Source of the DNA: Takakia lepidozioides
Lineage: Eukaryota > Plantae > Bryophyta
Reading direction: 5' to 3'
Assembly: GCA_030704615.1 (NCBI GenBank)
Contig: CM060732.1
Location: 56,358,001-56,422,000, forward strand
Length of the DNA stretch: 64,000 nt
In this document: positions 40,001 through 49,650 of the stretch, one piece after another
Position numbering within the stretch: the first letter of the stretch is position 1
Layout: every line of letters begins with the position of its first letter
Translations under genes and position numbers: made by a program
The notes under the pieces: model-generated
Seen by the model: only the letters and a program-made list of their open reading frames with translations
What the model was told of the DNA's origin: nothing
Database searches by the model: none

Positions 40001-41214
40001 ATTAGGAGCAGCTTGGTGGGGCTTATGCGATGGCGCATATGCCTAAGTGCAGATCATGAAAAAAAACAAAACTACAGCTTACCTTCTCCGTCCGCAGCTT
40101 GCCTCTACCACCACCACCACCAGCAACGCCTCCCCCTCAAGTGTCCTTCTTCCTCCCCATCGCCGCAACAGCTCGTTGCCTCGGGGTGGTATGGTATAAG
40201 GCCGAGATGCGGCGCCTCCGTCTCCTCTTCGCAACGGGAGTCTCCAGGGTGTAGAGACTAGAGACGTGTTAAGTGCTTGTGTAGTTTGTGTGTGTTTGTT
40301 TGGGGGAGTGGCAAGGGATAATGTGCAAGTATACTAGACTACGTTAGTGTAGTAATGATACCGGGTTAGTCATGTGGTAATGGCAACAAGTTTAACTGAA
40401 TAAAAATAGTTTATTAACAAAAAAGTAGAGGTTGTTTCATTGAATAGAGCATGGCTTGGTGGTAAGGTTGTGGAGTATTTTCCACTAGGTTGCGGGTTCA
40501 AACCTATGCCCGCCAAGGAGAGCGGGGGGGAAGGGGGGCGAGGGCGTAGCCAAGGCCAAATTGGCCAAATCTGAAATGTGAACCTTTTTTATACACTCTG
40601 GCGTTAGTGCTTTTTGGACTACATGGGTTACACGTGGATCCTCAGAAGATGGTTGTACGATTGACATGTTACTTTGTGGCGGCGCCTTCATAATACAATA
40701 TAAAGTAAGTGATAAAGTAACTAAATATTTTGTTATGGGTGTCTTAATCAATTTATTGGTTTTAGAGTCAATTGTCGCCACAAATACTTGTACTCATTAC
40801 TCATACATGAGTAATCAAAGAACAAATCAACATACATGTCATGGGATTTGATTGTAAATAAATTGTGTCATCCAGTGTGTTAGTTCATAGTTGGACGATT
40901 AATCAACGATTGGTTGTAAAATAAATGGAAACATGTAGAGCATTTATGTTTCATATGCTCATAAGAAGAAGGCAGTACATTGGATTCTAAGATCTCAACA
41001 ATGGCGCCGTCGTCTTAAAAATAGGGGATAGTCCATTTAGTTGTTTCTGTCAGAGAATAATATGGATGGAGCACATGCCTCAAAAAATTTGGACCTTCTG
41101 GATTGATGATACACATAAGTAATGTAAGCCATTTAATGTATTTGCATAAGGTCTTGCAAGATGTGCGCTTTCATTCATTTTGCATCTTCTCTCAAACTTT
41201 GAGGGCATTACCAA

Positions 41215-44200
41215 ATGTCTACACCAAAATATGCATTGCTTTCATGTCCATCTGATGCAAAAGTGGTTCGTTATCCTTGCAATGGAAACAAGTGCATTAT
41301 CCCAGAACCTTGGTTATGCAATAGATTCAAACTTGTTCCGGGTTCAGTTTTTTTGGAGGATGATGGAGATGATGATGCCTCCACAGTGTTGCTTCCAGTT
41401 TTCAATGACGGCCAAAAGCAATGGGAGTTGTTTCCAGACACTTTCTCCAAGTACCGTGTCACAGGTACGAGCTATACACAGTCACATGATGAGAGGCACA
41501 CTTCTATTGCAAGAAAGAACGATCAAGCTGCAACAAATGGGAGTTGTAAATTGAAGGAGGAGGTTGCAGATTCGGCGAGCTTGGGGTCTCATAATTCGGA
41601 TTGTGTTGAGGTTTCTAAGAGTGTATTTTGTGGATCTCAACCTTCCTCATCTGCTCATACGGTCTTGCTTCATGACATGAAGCCTCGGAAAACTCCATTG
41701 GACAACACCACGTCTGATTGTTGCGAATCTGCGAGGGGTTTATCTTCATCTCCACGACTAGCAGGGGAGGCTACATCTGTATTTCCTTCTGGTGTGTTGT
41801 CCATTTTGAGTATCTTGGCCACTGCTCAGAGGAATGGATCAAAAGGAGAGCTTTCTACCTTGGACTATAGTCACATTCCAGTGCATCGTGTTCGGTGTCT
41901 TCCTCGAGCTTTTGATGGAAAAGTGATCCACGAACTCCCCCTCGTGGTCAAACTACGTACGGACCGTGGTTCACAGTCCCTCCAAGGCATGGACCGCAAG
42001 TTTGATGGTCATCCTTGGTGCAAGACCAATACCTACAATATGTCTGGTGTTCCAGATCATGTGAAATGTAGTAAGGTTCTTTGTGTTGGAAAGCTCATAT
42101 GTCAAAGCAACACTTGCCCCTTCTTCAAGAAAGAAGGAGAACGGAATGACCGCTATTGGGAAGGCAATGCAAACAAGGTGTTCATTGCAAGAGCCCAAGT
42201 TCCATTCAACCAGTTCAAGTGTAGTTTTTGCAAAGAAAGACCTTTCTGTGAGGCGCATTTGTGGGGCAAGAATGTACTATGTCACAAGTTCCCTTCCAAC
42301 ATATACACATGTTGCAGTTCACGTTGGGTTTCATAACCATCCATGTGCCAAGGGCGAGAATAGAGAGGCTGCGGAAAATGCATCAAGCATGATTCAAGAG
42401 CACGTTAAGATGAAGCCATGGTCGACCCCGGGAGCTATTTCCTTGTCAATGGCCCAGAAGCTCTTGATTGATCGAGTTCTTGTGGCTAATGGCACAGAGA
42501 CAGTACGTCTTGAGGGAGAGGCTTTGGAAGATATTCTTGAAGAGTTTGCCCATGTTTGTAGCCCCAATGTGAAAAACAAGGTCGCATCTGCACGTGTCAA
42601 TTCCATCATGTCCATATTGGAGTTGAAGCGTCTGAGTACATACCATTTCATTCACAACAATCTCTTTCCAGGCCAACATACTTCTCATCTCCCCCATGTT
42701 TTCAAGATGTCTGTTGCTGGTCCCGGGAGTGGTGTTGATCTTGTGCGTCGCATGAGTGAGGGGGATCTACGCACAAGTTGGGTAGTATTTGACCATGTCA
42801 AATGCATCAAGGATTGGACAACTCTTGCGTGTCATGTCTATGAACCATATGTCAAGCGAATGATGACCATTGCCATTTGCGATATGAAAACAGAGGATGC
42901 AGATGCTCAGGTGTTATTCTGGGAGATGATCAATGAACAAGCAAAACTTGCTGGCTTGAACAAACCAAATTTTGCTAGCTTCATGGCGGATGCACCACGA
43001 GCGAATTGGGCTACTGTTCGAAGGGTTTATGGATCTGATCCCAATGTCCCAATGGAAGGTAAAGAAAGAACATGTTTATATCATTGGGCTGAAAGCCTCC
43101 GAAGACACACCAACGACTATATCTTGGAGGATTTCCGTGAAAGGCACACTCAGCTCTGTTATGAATGGAAAGATAGTGCTACCTTGGAGGATGCTACAAC
43201 CACATACATTGCAATTCGGGCTTGGTGGCTCTCTTCAGGAGCATGTACAGAAAAGAGTCTGCCAAAACTGGATTCATGGCTTGCATGGTGGCACTACAGA
43301 TATCGAATGTGGGGCCAATGGATGAGAGAGGACATGGATGTGGAGGCAGATGCAGATATGCCTACCACTAATTTGTCTGAGGCAGTCCATTCTGCTTGGT
43401 GGAAGACAGCAGGCAATGGGAAAAAAATGAAGGTGGATCTATATGAGGCCACCATGCATGACATGTCACGAGCTCTTTTGCAGCAGGCAACATTTTACAG
43501 GCACACCACAGGAAAGACATGGGGGACGGGGCCCGACAAAGAGGAGCTCATGTTGCGTCAAGCAGCTAGATCTAATAGCCCAGCAAAAATGGGTAAGGTT
43601 GTACGTGGCATAGTAGCTGGAACACCCATGCACACAAGGGGGGTTCAATTGGAGGGAGACAATCGCACTGTTCCAGTCAAACGCAAGTTAGGCGATGAGC
43701 ATGGTGGGCCAAACGAATCTTGGAGGTGTGATATGAATGTAAAGACTGTTCCAGTGCGCGCCACTGGGATGCCCAGTCCACACCAGCCATCTAGGTTTGT
43801 CAACTCCAAATCAAGTCATGACATTCCTGGTTCTTCGACTTTCTGTGAGACAAATCCACATGTTGATATCCCTCCTCAGCCAATGCAATGGGGAAATCCA
43901 GTGAGAGAGACACAAGACTTTTCCGATGCATTGTTCAGGATTCAGCGGACAGGTCCTGCTTCCATGGTTCGTTGTTCTACCTTGGTTGGAGTTTCCAAGG
44001 ATAAATGCAAAGCACTCATCAGGAAAGGTAAAGGAAGTCCTGCACCTTGCTTCACTAGCAAGTTACTAGCACCGAACATGAAAGAACCAAAACTGCAAGT
44101 TTTTTGGTTTTGCCCCACAGATGTTTTGTCGTGTGTTGGAGGGACCGTGCCATCCTATTGCTTGGGAAAACCGGGTATACCTAACGTGTGGCCTGTGAAG

Positions 44201-44773
44201 GTTGGAACCAACCTTACACAAGAAGAGGTGGACAACTTGACCCTTGCAGGTTTTCGACTAGTCCATCCTCCCAACGTTCCTGATCCGAACTTTCCTGTGG
44301 GACCACTTCCTGTGGGACCACTTCCAGTGGAACAACATATTCATCAAGGTGTTGTCCTTCCTGTGGGTAAGTATCCCACTACACGCTATGGGGTGCGCAT
44401 TCGGCGTCGGGATCCGACTCCTCGACACTTGAGTCGCCAAGAGTCAGCGGAGACTCTTATTGTTGAGGTTCGTGGATTCAGAAACGTGCCTCAGCCAGGT
44501 TATGGGAGAATTTACCAGCTACAAACAGAGGGATCTACCAGAGCAGGATTGGTTTACAATGTATACATTGGTCAGTTTCCATCTTGTGATTGTCCCGACT
44601 TTGATGAGTTATCTGTCAAGAAGAAAAAACAAACATATCTACCTTGTAAGCACATGTACTTCATGTACAACGTGCATCTAGGATGCGCCGGGGCTTATGA
44701 GATCCACCAACCTTCCCTTAGCCAGTTAGAGGTTAGGGCTATGCTAAAGAAGGACCCTAGTTCAACTTCTTAG
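41215..44773 (+). pseudogene. Mutator-family transposase (GCM-like Zn domain, DDE domain, C-terminal SWIM), one frameshift near 42256
   Basis: DGHPWCKT..CVGKLIC..C..CSFC..C..HVGFHNHP; VVFDHVK..FMADAP..CLYHW..TTNLSEAVH (D, D, CxxH, E); YNVYIGQFPSCDCPDF..PCKHMYF (SWIM). The two overlapping ORFs join as in the homologue at 56-59 kb. Confidence 0.88.
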
Positions 44774-44861
44774 TGACACATGAAATGCACAAAAAAAGAA
44801 CCTCTAACTTGTGCCGTTCATTTTCATGCATGTGACATGTAATTATCTTGTTACTACTTTA

Positions 44862-45085
44862 TTCCAAACATGACACATAGCATTTGTTAGTACAGAAGTT
44901 CATATTTTGGTTAAAATGGAACTTGTGTACCTGTCATACAAGTTTTCAAATTATAGAACTGCTTGGCATTACAAACAGACATGCAATGTGGTGGTTCCAA
45001 ACATGACACATATGCATTTGTTAGTACAAAAGTCCATATTTTGGTTAATATGAAACTGTTTTCCTTGAATACAAGTTTGCAAACT
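44862..45085. repeat. ~134-bp tandem duplication in the MULE 3' subterminal region
   Basis: TTCCAAACATGACACATA..GCATTTGTTAGTACA..CATATTTTGGTTAA..ATACAAGTTT occurs near 44862 and 44996. Confidence 0.8.
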
Positions 45086-45377
45086 ATTACTTTGGCCAGG
45101 GATCTTGTATTCTCTTTAGTTTAAGGTGGTGCATTAGTTGGGTCACATGCATCTTTGACCATTGACTACTGATTTTGTTAGCTAAGATTTTTTATTTATT
45201 TTTTCTATATACATATGATGTAACATTTGCATATGCAATAAATACGTCGTATTCTATGTTATATAACTCCACTGCATACAATCTACTATGTGTGCATACA
45301 AATTTGTCACATGCATATATAATAAGGGATTTTGTGCATGCATGCACGCAACCTGTGCATATGGAATAGCAACCCCC

Positions 45378-46198
45378 AAAATTTTGCAGATAGACTGGCC
45401 CATTCCTCCCAAGCTCTCTCTGATGATGAGCAAATAGCATGGGACATGCTATGCTTCTCAGTTGGACATTGTTTCTGCCAATGGGTCTGCTTGAAATTCA
45501 CTTGGTCAAACTTGAGATCCCCTCCGCATCTCTATATGGCCCGTCTGGACAGAATTTATTTACTCGCAATCGCCGCTTTCTTGGTCTTGTTGTTTGCCTC
45601 AAGGGCCAATCCTTGCGGACTTTGATCATGCACTGGTGTCTGCTGAATTTAGACCCCCTGGGCTGCATGTTAAAGGTCATGGGTATTTCAAGCTGAACCG
45701 GCCTAGCATTCTGAAGAAAGAGGTTTGTGTTCAATAGCTGGGAAACACTGTAGTCTTCTTCTGGTTGTGGTTTCCTCTTTCCTTCTGTTTCTTTCCTGCA
45801 TAAGCTTCAAGCCACTAGAAGATTGGTTCAATCTCTTTCCCATGCTATTGCCTTGGATAGATCTTGTAGGCAGTTCAGTCTTTGACCAGATGCCTAATCC
45901 TTTGTCAAAGCATGATTGTGAACTTAGGTCATCAAGGGGCTGTGACTATGGAGTCCTACCTTACTGCTAAAAAGAACCTTGCCTCACTAGCTGCAGACAA
46001 TGAGAACTTTTCTTGCATCAAAGCTTATGTAAACTGGTCCTTGAAAGGCGAAAAAATGACAAGGTACTTCTTCTAGAAAGCTAAGCAAAGGAGAGAAGCT
46101 ACGTCCTATCTTCACACCCTCACGGATTCAAATGGTAACTCTATTTCTAAGCCTAAAGAAATGGCAGCTGCGACAGCTTCTCATTTTGCCAATCTCTT
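45378..46198 (+). mobile_element. continuation of the L1-like LINE ORF2 (C-terminal endonuclease and linker)
   Basis: FTWSNLRSPPHLYMARLDRIY, DHALV, and KGEKMTRYFF..LTDSNG..SHFANLF. Cut at 46198 by an LTR. Confidence 0.85.
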
Positions 46199-46688
46199 TG
46201 TTGGAATTTGGAATTAGTGAACCAACCCATGTGACGACCTCCAGATTATTAGGAGTTTACTGACAGTTTTTGTAGCTAGCACGTAGATTATGGTATGGAC
46301 TGGAATGATCCAACGAGTCTTCTTGGTTTATCGTTGAGTGGAATCGCTCAGGTCCATTCATCTGGACCTGACCGTCCATGTGGTTCTCGTTGGACCGAAC
46401 ATTGTATATATTCTCTAGCTTCCTACGAGACTAGTAACATTCTTCATATAAAATTCTTACATGGTATCATAGCCCTGTATCTCTAGGTAAACCTATATGT
46501 AGTCGTAGCAGACCACTTAGTGTTTCCTCATTAAGCTCTTCACGATGACTTCGTCTCTCGATGTTACCAAGGTCACATTTCTCGAAGGTGGGGGCCCAGA
46601 ACTACATGGTTTGGGCTTTCAAGGTGGAACAAATCCTACGTGAGAAGATTTGTGGGATGTCGTGTCTCCTGCTAGCAGCCGGGAAGCA
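46199..46688 (+). mobile_element. Ty1/Copia 5' LTR (46199-46461), tRNA-Met PBS (46462-46474) and start of gag
   Basis: TGTTGG...CTTACA is immediately followed by TGGTATCATAGCC. Downstream, frameshifted NYMVWAFKVEQIL..DLWDVV is typical of a Copia gag N-terminus. Confidence 0.8.
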
Positions 46689-46874
46689 ATCCTCCGCTCA
46701 GAGAGAAGACTCCGGCCGAAGCCGGCGTAACTAAGAGCCACTTCGCCTTGCGGCTACTGCCCCCTTTCGGGGGTGGGCCCTATAAAAGGAAAGGTGTCCT
46801 ATGGGACACCAATTGACAGTAGAAAGTAGGGGAGTCTGTGTACCCCTAGGTACCCAGGGGGTACCCTGGGGGAC

Positions 46875-47560
46875 CTATGGTGCATTTGAAGTGCCGGATT
46901 CCAATTGGCGTTTGCTGGTGATAATAGCTGTGAGTGAACGGAGTACCGTGAGGTGAATTGCTTTGAAACATTTGTGGATGGGAAGAGTGGGAATATTGAA
47001 GTTATCATGTATGTCATTGATGCTGGCATTATGAATGCCGCCTCGAGTACCGGCGGTGATGACGGTTCCTGGGCCAGTTTTCCAGCCATACCGTCGGATT
47101 GCAAGGATAAGCGGGGCATATTTTTGACGTTTCTCTAAAATCGAATCATTGGGGTAGCGATCCTGACAAAATGTGAATTCAATGAAATGGATGGTGAATT
47201 GTGGGGATGGTGAGGTGGGGGGTAGGGTGTTAGGCCTTGTACAAGGAGTATGTCCGGGCAAAGTCTGGCAGGGCATGAGCATGGTGATCGGGTACATATG
47301 CATGGTAGCAGCCAGGGTGGCACGGCGTGGTCGGGTGGCCGACCTTGGTAGGTGCCAGCATTTATAAGCGAGAACCATATGGTTTCAGCACGATTTAGAA
47401 AGAGCTTATGGAGATGCCAGACTGCCTGGTTGTGTCGCGTGATATGAAGGTCGTGTATGATCGGGTGCGTACATTGGCTGAGGAGATGTGGCCAGGTGTC
47501 ACGAGCTTGGTGAGTGGTTGAACACAATGGACAGTAGGGGGTGGGAACATATGCGGCCAG
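46875..47560 (-). pseudogene. CCHC finger and restriction-like endonuclease (PD..D/ExK type) of the non-LTR element
   Basis: CPLC..DTWPHLLSQC..RHNQAV..PPWLLPC..RLCPDILLV..IHFIEFTFCQD..EKRQKYAPLI. Confidence 0.82.
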
Positions 47561-47859
47561 AAGATGTGCTTGCGCAGGTGATTCATGTATTGGGCGTATC
47601 TGAATTTGAGTGTTTGTCAGATTTGTGCGTCAGTAGTAGTTTTGGTTAGCCAGAAATGATTTGAGAGTTTATGGTGCAATACACTTGATTGAGTCCATTT
47701 TTGGATATGTACTTTGGTGTAGCCGATGGAGGCTGCAGCTTGTTTATTTGCTTCTCGGGTAAGAGTGGTCAGGAGGTTACGGATGGGGTGGGGAGGTCTG
47801 GTATGGGGTGTATAAACCAAAGGGTGGGTGTGGGCGATGTGGATAGGGTCATCATTGGG

Positions 47860-48290
47860 TACAACTATGGGGTGGGAAGCGCCGAGTTGGGCGAGTAGGT
47901 CTGCTTCTTCATTACCATGAATGCTAGTGTGCGAACGGACTTTGAGCATATGGACTGGGTGGCTAATGTCAACGGCCCTCTGGACAATAGCGGAAATAAG
48001 GTTGCGGTCGGGGTGGTGATGATGGGCAGAGGGGCGAGAGATGTGGTTACGGATGAGGAATAGTGAGGTAAGGCTATCAGTGAAGATGTAGTATGGCGGG
48101 GCGGGGGGGGGGGGGGGGGGGTATCGAGTAAAGAGAGAGCATCGTGAATGGCCATGAGTTCAGCCCTGAGGATGGTGGCAGGTCCAGGGAGCCTGAGGGC
48201 AACGCCTTGACCGGTGTTGGCGTGATAAATACCGTACCCTGCATTAGATTTGGTGAGGGATTCGTCGGTGTAGTGTGAGTTGGCCGGTGG
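47860..48290 (-). pseudogene. RNase H domain of the non-LTR element
   Basis: HYTDESL..AGYGIY..TILRAELMAI / YIFTDSLTSL..LKVRSHTSIHGNEEADLLA. The frameshift falls at the poly-G run 48097-48121. Confidence 0.88.
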
Positions 48291-48398
48291 GTATTTGGGG
48301 ATGGTGTTTTGTTGATATATTGCGGGGATTGGAGGGGGAGGCGTTGTTGGCGCGACCTGTGGGGGCGTGGTATCGCAATGTTCCAAACTTTGTTTGTT

Positions 48399-49620
48399 CT
48401 AATCCGGGGCAGTGTGGCGGGTACGTGGGTGTGAGGGAGGGCAGTTGGGTGATGGAACGGCGGCCTTTAGTTTATGGGTTTTGGTTAGTAATTGTTCTAG
48501 TTGATGGAAGAAATGTGTCGGTATGTCTGTATGAAGGGGGTTTTGGACGTGTAGCATCAGGGTAAGGGTGGGTTCTTTCCATTTGAGGTATTTGGGGAGA
48601 GGAGGGGTGTGAATATATTTAAGTTGGTTTGGGTCAATTGTGGCGAGTAAGTTAACCCCTTCTGGGAGTCGTAGTAGAGGATGAGAGGTGCTCGGTGTGA
48701 TTTGGTGTGTGAGGATGAGGATTGTGGACGCAGAAGGAGAGGAGTGCGCAACAAGTTTTGCCCATTGAAGAGCTTCGTAAGCAAGGGGGCCAGGAGGGTT
48801 GGCAAGGCCCCGACCTTCCCAAGTGTGCTGGGTGGCAATACTTGTGGCTCCAAAGATACAGTCTCTGTGGTGTGGGCTAGAAAATGTGTGCAATGTCATT
48901 GGGCATGTCAGTGGGTTGGAGTAGTATGAGTGAGTAAGCTGGAATGTATTGATAATTAAGGTGAGAATATCTTGGGGTATGGTATGATGTGCACATGTTG
49001 TTTCCAATCTAGTGAGGGATCGGGGTTTCTTGGGGGGAGTGTCTCTGAGGTAGTGGTCAACTAGCCAATATATTTCAGTAGTAAAGTCTTGTTTCGGGGG
49101 TTGTAGTGATTGTGGAGATGAGCTTGCAGCAGAGTATTTCTCCCACAACCATGTTAATTGTGTATTATGAATGAGCCCAATGAAGCGGCCATGTTGAGCG
49201 TAGATATTGGAGAGGCAGGGGTCCATGCGGATGAGTGGTTGATCATGCTTAATATCTTTGTCGGGATTACATTCAGTTATGCAGATGTGTACGTTGGGAG
49301 CATAGATGGGTTGGTGTATATATCTGTTATATGTAGGTTGGGTGGGAGTGGCATATTGTTGGTGGGTGTGTGTTAGATAATCGGTGTTAGTATTTTTGTG
49401 GAAGGTGGTGAGTAGGGCAAGATTGTGTTTGGGGTCGCAATCGTCATGTGGGCCGAATAGGTCAGCTTCTATCTGCCATGTGTTGTCTGATGAGGAGTAC
49501 CCAGCCCATTGACAGTGATAGTATGTATCAATGCATGTGGCCCCAAAGGCATCAATGGACATTTGGGTTTTGACTCCTAGTATGGCTTCAATGATGTAAA
49601 CATTGTTATTGTCGTCACTA
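48399..49620 (-). pseudogene. chromodomain plus PCIF1/CAPAM-like N6-adenine methyltransferase domain within the retroelement polyprotein
   Basis: VYIIEAILGVK..YYHCQWAGYSSSDNTWQIEADL (chromodomain, ~49455-49605). IPQDILTLIINTFQLTHSYYSNPLTC..FSSPHHRDCIFGA..WEGRGLANPPG..TILIL..TLMLHVQN (~48540-48990). Confidence 0.75.
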
Positions 49621-49650
49621 TGTGGTGAGATGGGGGGGACAGTGCGGTGG

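Larger units (their letters stand above)
33843..45377. mobile_element. complete 11.5-kb Mutator-like DNA transposon carrying a ParB-methyltransferase gene
   Basis: Direct repeat AAAATTTTG at 33834-33842 and 45378-45386. Imperfect TIRs GAGGTAGCCTATACTATATG / rc GGGGGTTGCTATTCCATATG. Removing the element and one TSD restores the LINE frame GDFNMVENF-ADRLAH. Confidence 0.9.
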
